A stretch of 45,074 bases of DNA, filler included, from Jimgerdemannia flammicorona (GCA_003990765.1; 2 parts of 2 records of this genome joined end to end with filler, not necessarily neighbours in it); one strand, 5' to 3'; counted from the first letter of the whole stretch, positions 11,040 to 22,490 are shown. Numbers and translations: made by a program. Notes: generated by a model from the sequence alone, not told the origin.

Positions 11040-11963
11040 CTTTGGCAATCTCTTATCTTTTTTTATAATTAGCAATAGAATATAGCCCATTATATCATAT
11101 CACAAATACTGTAATGATAGAGAGTAGATCTTCTGCAAGCTCATCAGCCTTACTGCTATTGGCACTGATGTCAGAATTGAGTACTATAAGTTGAGTCCTA
11201 TTTTTTGCAAAGATCTACTCTATGAGCTCTGATCTGAAACAACACAACTAGTCCTTTCAGATAACTACTACTTCTTTGACCCCTCCTGTATATATATATT
11301 CCAAAAGGGCCATAAAACCCCTGTGTTTCCAGTTGAGCCCTGAACCAATATTACTGACAATCTCATAGCCTGGGAAATGCTGTTGCAGATTAGCAATTTA
11401 TCATTCAAGATCTCACTGTTGGTATTCTGAGCTAACTCTGGCATAGCAGACCTTGACCTTTTTTGTAGTCTGGTTTGTTGGTTGGTTGTCACCAAAAGCT
11501 CTTTACACATTTGTGATAGAGTAGAGTTGTTTGCTACCAGGGGTTCTGACAATGGCAATTTTTTCAGAGATGGCCCACAATCGCAGTATCTCAACTAGTG
11601 CTCCCAACGAATCGAATCGAATCGAAGGCTAATTCGATTCGAGGTCCGATTCGAACCCTATTTTTCGAAATGTAATAACTTGACAAATACACATCTAAAT
11701 TCAATGATCTTTAGCTTGTTAGATTTCTCATATATAGGGGAATTAAACAAGCTAAAAATAATTGAATTTGGACATGTATTCGTCAAGTTATTACATTTCG
11801 AAAAATAGGGTTCGAATCAGACCCTCAATTCGATTCGAATGACCCTCAATTCGATTCGATTCGAATTGATTCGATTCGTTTGGGAGCACTAATCTCAACC
11901 AAGACATCATGTGTCTCTTGTATTTTGCTCGAGCTTGTGTATGTAGTATTGGTTTGAGCCAGG
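11000..11963 (-). pseudogene. tnpA: IS607-family serine recombinase TnpA (N-terminal HTH + catalytic domain), split by a MITE
   Basis: Reads YTSSSKIQETHDVLVE|ILRLWAISEKIAIVRTPGSKQLYS...VCYARVSSEYQQ*DLE**IANLQQHFPGYEIVSNIGSGLNWKHRGF..EVVVI*KD*LCCF..ELAEDLLSIITVFV; the catalytic YARVSS lies at 11428-11445. Confidence 0.92.
11596..11891. mobile_element. 296-bp foldback hAT MITE
   Basis: TIR tagtgctcccaa(a)cgaatcgaatc; perfect 8-bp TSD atctcaac (11588-11595 and 11892-11899); almost the whole element is an inverted repeat. Confidence 0.95.
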
Positions 11964-12189
11964 TGTATTTTTGTAGGATTGTGGAATAATGCGGAGTATT
12001 CACAAAAGGTAATATGCGCGTTTCGCATGTTGCTTTAAAAAAGGTAACGCCACTAAATGTATATACGGTCTTGTGCGTTGATATATATTAATAAGATGAA
12101 TTGTGTGGTTTATTCCGGAATGTTCGAAAATGATTCAACGGTCCATGGACCCAACATTCCCCAGAACCTCACTCACTACTCGATCCCCC

Positions 12190-13193
12190 TTACAAAACCC
12201 TAAACCTAATCGCCACCACCGGGGGTAACTTGGTCATATCCTTCCAACTTGGTGTTAAATTCTTTTCCTCGCCCTCTTCTCTATTCCATGCCGCTTCCTC
12301 AAACCCGTCCACAACAAATCCGGCCCCGAACGCGATGTTGAAGATGTCATGCAGGCTGCGCGGGAAGTACCAGTGCGCATGGGCCTGTCCCGGAATGCCG
12401 ATGCCCTTGACAGGGCGTGCGCCGAGGTATTCATGCGCCTTGATGTAGGTGCGCTTGACGGTCTCGCCGTTGGGTAAGTCAAACTGCTCTACCCCACGCA
12501 CGGAGTCCGGGTGGTTAAAGGCCGGATGCATCAGCGTCGCGATGAACTGCGCGCCTGGGTTGAGGAGCGTGCGGAGGGCACGGAAAAGAGGGGTGATGTC
12601 GGAGATGTCCATAATGGCTGGATAAACAGGTGCATGTCAGCATTGCGTTCGTTCACCAGGTCTGCTCCTGCATATGTATTAGCCCCAAGGGGTACTCACC
12701 CATATTCGATAGAGCCTTGTCGAATCCCTTCTTTCCACTCCGTGGCATTAATTCCCTCACCATAGCCTGCTCATCCGTCGCATCCAACACCAAAAACTCA
12801 ATTTTATCCTCATACCCCTCATTCCTCTTCCTGGCCTCATCCACAAACACTTTGCTATAATCGAATGCCACGACGCTCTCAGCCCCAAGATCAATTATCC
12901 GGCGCGCGAAGAGCCTACGTATATACATCCTTACGTTCAATCAGATCGGCATCGCAGAGAGATAATTAATAAGATATTAAGGCTCACACATACCCTGACC
13001 CGCACGACACCTCGAGTACGTGCTCTCCGCCCTTCAGCGCCAGCAGCCGCTCCGCCGCGGGCGCGACCAGCACTCGGTGGAAGTCGTTGCCCTCAGCGCC
13101 GAAGTGCTCGATCCAGAAATGGGCGTTAAGGTTCCAGATGTCACGGGATTCGGCGTGTCTGTCTGGCTCGGTGGTGGTGGCGGGTTGAAACAT
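12190..13193 (-). CDS. Class I SAM-dependent methyltransferase, 3 exons (13193-12994, 12914-12700, 12617-12190)
   Basis: Motif I VLEVSCGSGLFAR is rebuilt across a GT-AG intron; also VVAFDYS, LDAT, FDKALSNMAIMD, LNPGAQF..HPAF. Confidence 0.88.
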
Positions 13194-13647
13194 GGTGATG
13201 TGCGGCCCAGGAATTGTAATTTATATATATGAGATGAAATTTTTCAAATCCAGATAACGTTTTTTAATAAACTTCGCCTCAATATATATATGGTTTTCAA
13301 GGATGCCGCAGTCATCATGTCACGTGAGACGACAACTACGCCGCTGAGTTCCCGTGCACTTTTCCCACGCAAAACCCTGCTGCGGCACCCGGGGATTTGG
13401 GGTTTGGTGTAGAGACGGCGGATGAGACCGAGTTTATTTTTGCGTGTGCGTCACAGTGTGGAAAGGGAATTTAGTGCTCGTCCGCAAATGTCTGCGTATC
13501 GAATGAACGAACGCTGGAGTTTGGAGATTGTAATGACGCGAGGGTGTGCAAGATGTGGGGATGTCAAGAAACTCCGGAAAATTTAATGCACATACCACGA
13601 ACCTAACTCACTCGGCCATTTTACCACTTTATTCCCGAAAACAATGC

Positions 13648-15691
13648 TCATCTTTTCCCCACCTCGACGCCGACAACCCTCTTTCCCTGGGCCTTGATAT
13701 TCCTTGCCTTGGTCACCATCACCCTCGCGACCTTCTCAAGATCACCCGACGTCATCAGTTCGACACGATCCCCCCAGGGTGGGTGGTCTCCGATATCGCT
13801 GAACGGGTCGGTCTCGCGTCCGTCAGACGTGACAACTGCGGCGCGTGGGCGCGAGGTGGAGAAGCGTAGGTGGCGCGTGAGGCCGCGGTCGTGCAGCCAG
13901 CGGTGGAAGTGGGAAAGAGTCCCCTTGCAGCGGGAGGTGAAGAGCGTGTAGGTCGGTTTACTGGGACGGGAGGAAAGGGAGGGAGGAAAGGGAGGCGAAT
14001 GAGATTGGGTAGGGGGGTATGATGCTTGTAAAGGTGAGATCAAGTATTGACGCCACCACCACCCTCCTTCAAAAAAAAAAATAAAAAAAAAGGCCCATGA
14101 CAACCCACCCCGTCGCCACCGCCTCCGTCGTCCCGACTTCCTGATCCGCAGTAACGACAATGCGGGACGCGACGGCCAGCGCAGCTTCATACACGCGATC
14201 GTCTACGTCCACCCGGGCGTCGTGCAGGTGGATGTCACCGCGGTGTGAGTCGGGTATTACGGACGCGACGCGGTCTGTCAGGACTTTACGGATCTACAAT
14301 GCAGGAAAGGGAATTGTGGTCAATAGAGAGGAGTTGTATGTGCGAAGGAAAGTGGGGGTGAGGGGACTTACGTGATCGGGAAGTTGGGCTGAGCAGAGAA
14401 GGAGGACTCTGGCATTGTGGGTCTCGATCATCCTCTGTTTCAGAGAGTTGTGGATGTTTATTGGAGAGAATAAATGAATGGAGCAATATGCGAAACCTGG
14501 TCAACGTCCCACGTCAATCCAATTCCCCAAAACAAATGCACCTCCCTCCGTTCCGCAACACCGCCACGAAATACAACCTTACACTGATCCACGACTTTCT
14601 TGGCGTCATCGCTGTACCACCGACACTGCTTCGTCGACCTGCCGACGAGCACGGTTACGATTGGGTCGAGGCTTGGGTCAGCCGACGCGAACGGCTCGGG
14701 GAGCATGCTCGTATCGATGGAGGCGAGGCGCGCTGGGGTGGTGGGGGTTAGGGGCATCTAGCCACCAGATCGGACGAGGAGCGTTTGGGTTGAATGCATT
14801 GTGCGTGGATCAAATAAAGAGACATGGGAGACAAGGAGAATCTTTTACCAGTGTACTGATGTAGTTATTTTGATCTGTCACCCGCGGGCCGGTAGGCGCT
14901 ATATTGAGGTTTAGAACGGCAGAAAAGGGGGTGTCAGGAACGGGGCATGCGATAGTCCATACGATTGCTTTAGTGGGAGGTACGCACCTAGTTTCTTGGC
15001 CGAATCGATTTTTGCCAGTACGACTTGGTCGAAGTGGACGAATGAGAGGTTGGGAAAGCGAAGGTAAACTGCATATGATGTCGGTTCAGGGTGAATTTTT
15101 TTTTTTTTTTGGAGGGGGGGGGGTAAGGGAGAGGGTTAACGAGGCTAATTATTTTAGGTACAATTTCAAAAATTAAAAAAAAATTGTTTACCCGTGAACG
15201 ACTGTCCTCCACTCCGTTTCCCGACCTCGAGGCACGGAGCAATCGCCGTATCACCCGAGGCGATGACAAATTCCGGGTACGGTCCCGCAAGCGGGTCAGC
15301 GGAGGGCGAGGAGAGGTACCACGGCAAACGAGTGGCGGGACGCTTCGTGACGTAGGCGAAATCGATGATGTATTTCTGGATGTGGACGGGTAGCCAGTTG
15401 ATGGCTGTAAAAGATGGTCGATGAGGAGTAGAAATAATGTGCCAATCACATGTAATAGGCAAGATAGCAATAAGAACCTTTAGAGGGATATACAGGTTTG
15501 AGCTCATAAGGCAGCTTCAGGGCTTCGGCGAGGGCGATAGATTGCCGTCGGGCGGCTCGGGTGCCGTCGATGAAGATCCAGGTGGAGGGGGTGGTAGGTG
15601 GTTTGGAGGGGGGTGAGGATGCGTAGGGGCGGAACAGAGTATGATGTCTCGCGAGAGGTGGGTGTCTGCAGCGGAGTGGAGAGAGCAGCAT
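13648..15691 (-). CDS. ELM1: Mitochondrial fission ELM1-family protein, multi-exon (internal exon limits not fully resolved)
   Basis: Arg-rich presequence-like N-terminus; WIFIDG..ARRQSIALAEALKLPY; PEFVIASG; FDQVV; VTVLVG; YEAALAVASRIVVTADQ..EAVATG|KPTY..CKGTLSHFHRWLHDRG, matching ELM1 family motifs. Confidence 0.78.
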
Positions 15692-16029
15692 GAGTGCAAG
15701 TATGGTGGGATGGGATGGGGTGGCGTGTCTGGTGCAAAAAGGAAATGGATGACGTCACGCAATAGTTGCTGCGTGACGCGGAGTGACGCGGGGTGACCAG
15801 TTGTGACTGGGAAGTGTTTACCGAACATGTCATTGGATTTGGTAAAAAAAAATGGGAATGCTTTGTAACCTTATTTTAACCCTTCAGACTTTTCTAATCT
15901 ACATAAGACAAATTTGTTATTAATTTAGACCCCCTTCTTCTCAGACCCCTTCAGACCTCCTTCAGACCCTCCTTCAGACCCTCCTTCAATATATTAATAT
16001 ATACCCCGTCGCCACACACACTACCAGCC
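15692..16029. promoter_or_regulatory. Short bidirectional promoter region between ELM1 and ArgRS
   Basis: The starts are head-to-head, ~340 bp apart; the region contains tgacgtca, repeated gtgacgcg and tandem ccttcagacc repeats (15940-15988). Confidence 0.5.
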
Positions 16030-18696
16030 ATGAATCTCTCTTTCAATCCTCGCCACCCCCCTTACGCTGAGGTCGCCGTACTCATTAAAACCTCCGGCCC
16101 CAATGCCCTCAAAACTCTCAGACTGACTCCCGTCGCAGACCACCCAACCACCACCCTCACCCCCGCCGCCGCCGCCGCCGCCAAAAATCCCGCCAAGCTC
16201 ACAGGCTCCGTTGCCGTCCTCCGCTATCTCGCTCGCCTCGCCCCCCACCCCTCCCCCCTCTACGACGAGCATACTCTAACCTCGCACCGCCATACCTCCG
16301 AAACCGACTCTCTTCTTGACCTTCTCCGCCAGCACCCTTTCACCACCCACCACCTCGCCACCCTTACCCAAACAGTTCACGCCCGCCACCCGCAATTTCT
16401 CGTCGACCACGCAAAGCTCCTCCTGGCGGACTACGCTGCGTGGGGCTTCCTCCGCGTGCACCCGAGTAAGGATACCGCCACGTGGGTCGCAAAGATGGAC
16501 GCACTGCCCGAGTGTGCCGAAGCCGTGCGCGTGGTTGACGCCGCCATCGCCGCACCGCCGTTACAGACCCCGTCCGTTGTCGAAGTCAAGGAGATCCCGC
16601 GAATCTCCGGAACGAACCCGGACGAGAACGTGTTGGACGCATTCAGAAATCTGATTGCCGACCAGATCGCCAGGCTGGCGGGGTCCGATCCGGTGTTCGT
16701 AACCTCATTGATTGAGGCACCACGCACACCGGACCACGGTGATTTTGCTATTGCCGTGCCGAGGATGAGGGTCAAGGGCAATCCGGCGGTGTTGGCGAAG
16801 GAGTACACCGAAAAGGTATGCTCCATTGTAACATCCTTTCCTTTATTATCCAACGTCTCTGGTACTCTTTCCGTGTCATTTATCTCATAACCGTCCACTC
16901 ATCGTTATACCCTTCCAGTTCATCCCGAACCAATACATCCTCTCCGCCAGCTCAATCGGCCCCTTCATGAACTTCAAGATCTCGCACTCGTTGCTGAACC
17001 GTCTGCTGCTTGCGCTGATCTCGTCACAGAAAGAGGCCTTCGGTACCAACACTTCGGGTGCCGGTAAAACCGTCGTTGTTGAGTACAGTTCACCAAACAT
17101 CGCGAAACCCTTCCACGCGGGGCACCTCAGGAGCACCATTATCGGAAACTTCATTAACAATGTGCATGTCGCAAACGGGTGGAAGACCATCACTATGAAT
17201 TATCTGGGGGATTGGGGGAAGCAGTATGGTGGGGGTTTTTTTTTTTTTTTTTTTTGGCCGATAGGAGGATGGGATGGATGAAGGTTATTTGGTCATCCTA
17301 GCTGTGTTATTATATATGTATAAATGCATAGATTGGAGGGAGGCTGCCTAATTCCGACGATATATGAATTTGCGCTAACCGATGGCTCCTCAAAACATTC
17401 ATAGGTTTGTTAGCGGTTGGTTATAACAAGTATGGCAAGGAGGATGAGCTCGAAAAGGACCCGACCAAACATCTGTACGATGTGTACGTCCAGATCAACG
17501 TGAGTTTTATCTTCTTGAGACGGAAACAAAAGCCTGTCCATGCTATGGTTCGTCCGTATGCATGATTCTAATCAATATATTGTTCCCTCTCACAGGCAGA
17601 CGCCGAAGCGGATCCGACTATCCACGATGCGGCCCGCGCCTACTTTAAACAGATGGAAGATGGCGACGAGGTGGCATTAGCATTATGGCGCAAGTTCCGC
17701 GACATCTCTATTATCAAGTACCAGTCGACGTACGCGCGTCTCAACGTCAAATTCGACATCTACTCTGGCGAGTCGCAGGTGGCGAAACCGATGGCTCGCG
17801 CGCTGGCGCTACTCAAGGAGAAGAACTTGGTCAAGGACTCCGAGGGAGCGCTCATCATGGACCTGAACGAGCACAAGCTTGGCACAACCGTGATCCAGAA
17901 GCAGGACGGCGCGGCGTTGTACATGACACGCGACATCGGGGCCGCGATGGAGCGTTACGAGAAGTTCCAGTTCGACTCTATGATCTATGTTGTGGCGTCG
18001 CAACAGGACCTGCATCTCAAGCAGCTGTTCAAGATCCTGGAGCTGATGGGGTTCGACTGGGCGGCCAAGTGCACGCACATCAATTTCGGGCTGGTGTCAG
18101 GCATGTCAACACGCAAGGGCACGGCGGTGTTCCTTGAGCAGATTCTGGAGGAGACCAAGACGGCAATGCACGAGGTGATGCAGAAGAACGAAAAAAAGTA
18201 CGCACAGATTGAGGACCCGGACACCGTCGCCGACATCATTGGAATTTCCGCCGTCAAGGTCCAGGACATGGCTGCCCGCCGTATCCGCAATTACGACTTC
18301 GACTGGAACCGCATGTTCAGCTTCGAGGGCGACACGGGACCTTATCTGCAGTATGCGCACGCCCGTCTCTGCTCCATCGAGCGTAACTCCGCCATACCCA
18401 TCAACCCCGACGCGGACGTCGCGCTGCTGACCGAGCCAGCGGCTGAGGAGCTGATCACCATGATCGCGCAGTACCCGGACCTTGTCAAGGCGCTGCCAGC
18501 GTCGCCCGAGCCCTGCAACGTCGTCACATACGCGTTCAAGCTTAGCCATATCGTGTCCATCGCACTCGAGGGGCTATGGGTCATGGGGCAGGAGAAGAAG
18601 TTGGCCGAGGCGAGGTTGCTCATGTATTGGGCTGCTAGGATCACGCTAGGAAATGCCATGAGGTTGATTGGGTTGACACCGCTGGAAAGGATGTGA
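16030..18696 (+). CDS. RRS1: Arginyl-tRNA synthetase with an N-terminal GST-like extension; exons 16030-16815, 16919-17228, 17405-17499, 17596-18696
   Basis: VVVEYSSPNIAKPFHAGHLRSTIIG (HIGH-like), NYLGDWGKQYG, GMSTRKG, GDTGPYLQYAHARL and C-terminal LTPLERM; GT-AG introns keep the frame. Confidence 0.96.
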
Positions 18697-20278
18697 GGAT
18701 GGTTGGGACGGGGAAATTACGCTGTAATTGTACAATTGAATAAACATCCAGATTTTTGTGGTTCTGTGAATACAGTGGTGTAGATTTGGGCTTTACTTTG
18801 CCATTTTGACCAAACAGAGTATGGTATATACCATGGGGTATCTGAAGCTCGATTACTTCTACTTCATGCTTGAATTTCTTTGAATATTTGGCACCACACA
18901 CCAGTCGAAATCACGAAATGTTCGACTAAAATCCTAACCTTTATATATTATTATTAATTACAAATGATTAGTTACAAGATCTATATCTCGACTAATGATA
19001 TTATTTGATCATATTAAAATGTATTAAATTGCTGTTATATCTTTATTATTAAAATATGTTTGAGAAAGTCTTGTTTTTTTTTAATATATATATATATATA
19101 TATAGTTTTAGATCATGTTACATTATTGTATTTTTAATAAAGTATAATAGATAATGTATTTAATTTTAAATATGTCATGTTCAGAATGTGGATAAAAAGG
19201 TTACATTTTATTCCTTCAAAGTTTACAGAGATCTTTAGGTTGCCCACCATCATAGAACAGTACCATGTGAGCAACAGGCAGGCGGTATGTGGGCAAGTCA
19301 GTCGATGTGGCCTTTGACATACCCAAACCGATGCCGGCTGAGAAAAAACGTGCAAGATGGAACATAACGCTGCAGTTTGCGTTCCAACAAACCGTCACGA
19401 GATGGTGGTCTGGACAGTGACGACGATATTTGTGTTGAAGGCAAAGTCGTATTAGGATTTCTTGTTGCCCCCTCACCGGGGTCGAGTTTCAGGGGAGATT
19501 GAACTCTCCACCTTTTTGGTCCCGCCCAGTCGTTTGGGCGGCTGGGTCGGAGCTTCTGTTCCGAAGAGAGATGGCGATTGGTTCAAAGACAAGGAGAGTT
19601 ATATGAAAGAGAGTTATATGAAAGTTTGTGGAACGGGCAATGTTTTGGCGTCCAGGCCTGCAGAATGTCAAGAGGTTACAATGGCGTGATCCGACCGAGA
19701 ACAATGACGAAATTGTCCCATCGCATTCTTGCGTTGCTCTATGGCATGTCTCGCTTGTCATACTCATCTTATGCATTCTCCCCTCCACTATCGGGTTCTC
19801 TAACATCCGGTGTCTCTCGTGCAATGGATCGGCATTCGTTTCAAGCCGACTGGAGAAACTACCTTAGATGGAGAGTGTATTTATGGCCGGAGGTGTCTTG
19901 TGGGAATGTTGACGTATCAAATCTGGCGACATCTGCGGAAGTGTCCTGGGATCACTAGATGGTGGGTCGCTGCCTCATTGGTGTTGTGGACATCGTCCTC
20001 TGCTTGATCAGCCGAGTTATTGTTGTTACGGTGCGCGCTTCCCCTCCTCAAACCAAGATGGCATTATGTAGCGCTTGAATTCGAGCTGTGTTCCACCATG
20101 AGTCGTTAGTGATTAGAATTTGCTCCAGAGTAACAATGGCAATGCATAGATAAAGGTCATAACGTTTGGGAGAAGAAGAAAAAAACCGGTCCAGACCGTA
20201 TGATACAGATTAAAAAGTCTATAAATATTTGGATATTTGGATATATATATATATACATGCACTAAAGTTTAGAAAGAA

Positions 20279-20323
<45 letters not shown>

Positions 20324-20433
20324 CTTTTTTATCCCTCTAAAACAGCCGGGACATGTAGATGCAACCATTAGTAATTTCGAATATATACAAGATATGTTAC
20401 GGGATAAGAGGGAAAATATAAATGTTTACTGGT

Positions 20434-21649
20434 TCAAACTTTATGCGTCTCGAGAGGTTTCCTCCCAAACGCGTAAAATGCGTGCCAGTGTACCTGATAC
20501 TCGGTAAATTCCTCCATTGCGTGCATAATCATCTCGTCGTACACCTCGTTTCTCATACCGAGAACCCTAGCAATGTGCTTTTTTGCCGCTCTCATGGCGC
20601 TCTCAATGTTCTTGGCTGACATCGTCGCTATTTCTTCCGGACCCCACCCGACGGGCACCGAGCGATGGCTATGCTCAACGTTTTCTAGGCCTGCCATTGT
20701 CAGAGTCTCGCCAAACACATGAACTATTTCGGGGTTGATTCCGGCTATCTTGTACACGTCTCGAACTTATTTTGGTAGAAATTGGTTAGCTCGGGACACA
20801 CTTAACACACAGAAAATATTAAGTAGCAGCGTACATACCCTTCGCGTATAATGCTGTGGTCCTCGGTCCTCCGTGCAGCCATCCGTCCATATCAACTGTT
20901 ATGCACGAGAAAACGACTAAATACAAGGCACATGATGCAACACAAATCTTGCTACAATTATACCCAACCCTTGTGTTCACTTACCCAGTTCCACCCATCC
21001 TCCGGGCTTGGTCACCCTTATGAGCTCGCTTATCACCCTTGGCCACTCGTTCTCGCGGAAACACAATGTTTGCAACCTTTGAAAAACGTAGTCGAAGCTT
21101 CCGTCCGCGAAGGGTAGGTTGAGTGTATCGGCAGTCAGGAAATGGCAGTTTGGCGGCACCTGCTTGTTATAGCTGTAAGCCTCCACCAGATCCGTTCCCG
21201 TGAAACTGCTGGCCTGATAGACGCGCGCCATTTCGATTGACCAGATTCCTGTCCCGCAACCGGCTGGTTAAAGGGTAATCATCGTTCATGATTAATTAAA
21301 CGAGCCCTTTGGGAACAATTAATAAAAATAGCAACAACAATTATAACATACCGTCCAGCACCCTGGCTCCTTGCCACAGTTGTTCCTGCAGGGGCGTCAT
21401 GTGGTTACTGCCAAAAACAAAATTGACGAGGTAGTGTTGCTGATTTAAGCGGTTGGCCTCCTCCATGTCGTGGGATAACACATAGGCCGAAGGCGCGGCC
21501 TTGGTGAGTCCATTTCCGTCGACCCATTTAAGGCCGAGCGGCGGGTTGAGATCTGCTGTGGGCGGCCTAGCTGAAAGAACGGGAGGATGCTGAAGACCGC
21601 GTTGTTCATGCTTTCTCTTGTAAAACAGTCTGGATTGCGCGCTTCCCAT
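20434..21649 (-). CDS. LaeA-like SAM-dependent methyltransferase, 4 exons
   Basis: YVLSHDMEEANRLNQQH; VLD|AGCGTGIWSIEMA across an intron; LPFADGSFDYVFQR; ELIRVTKPGGWVEL; C-terminal YAFGRKP. Confidence 0.9.
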
Positions 21650-22490
21650 GATTGTGATGAGAAAAGGAGAGGAAAGGAGCGTTTAAGGTATTTCTGATTG
21701 ATTTAGTTGCAAGTTTAAATCTGCACGTGGTTCCAGGAATTCTTTAATCTCTGGAAGGGATCGACGGAGCACGCGACGGAGTGGCTGTGAACTCCTGCCA
21801 AATCCACCGGTATCTCGATGAGATCTATATAAATGTACTGTCGATCCCCTTCGAGCATGCAGCATGCGCCATCTGCGTGAATAATCTCAGTATGGCCGTG
21901 TGTTGGTTGTGAGGGTGGGACAACATTTTTATTGGTTCAGAGCTTTTGTCATGAGATGTCAGACTCATAATTTCCCGATGCGCCACCGCCGCGCGCACCA
22001 TTAAAACCTTCCGCTTGGGCCAAGCCAAGCCTGTGATGGTCTTTACGAAATTGGATCCAAAATGAAATGGGCAGATAAGATCCGTAGCCAAACCTTCAAA
22101 CTCATGAGGCATTTTTTTCCCAACCACAAGGGTTGCATAAAATTAGAAAAAATGCCTTTTCCACCAACGTAACACAGATTTATTATTGAGCGCGCCCGTC
22201 GGATCCACTCAAGCTATCATCCGACAGCTTACTCCGCCGCCCCCAAACCTTTTTCATCGTTGTACCCCCTAGCGACCCCAGCTCTCCCCTCTTCCACCTC
22301 ACTCGCCTCTGTTTCACCAATGGCCTGTACAAGGCCTTGGTAGCTTCGGTTGCGAAGGTATTCCCCTGGTACGCAACACGGTCATTGGAGAAACGAGGTC
22401 ATATTGGCGCGAGATTCAAAATTCGGGAAAATAGAGTGCCAACCCCCACTTCCCCACTTTCCAAAACAACAAAAAAAAAAAAAAAAACAA

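Larger units (their letters stand above)
1180..12000 (-). mobile_element. Decayed eukaryotic IS607-family element (TnpA serine recombinase + Fanzor2), interrupted by a hAT transposon and a MITE; ends approximate
   Basis: Overlapping tnpA and tnpB-like reading frames on the - strand become continuous once the insertions at 1809-10332 and 11596-11891 are removed. Confidence 0.85.

Noticed and set aside
1277..11963. Functional Fanzor/TnpA at this locus
   Set aside because: Many stops and frameshifts, RuvC-I Asp mutated to Asn, Zn-finger Cys residues lost, and two insertions.
12230..18660. Many overlapping or antisense ORFs in the gene island
   Set aside because: Shadow frames of GC-rich coding exons with no independent motifs.
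22250..22490. Start of a gene running into the gap
   Set aside because: Promoter-like composition but no recognisable coding motif; the listed ORFs depend on a poly-A run and Ns.
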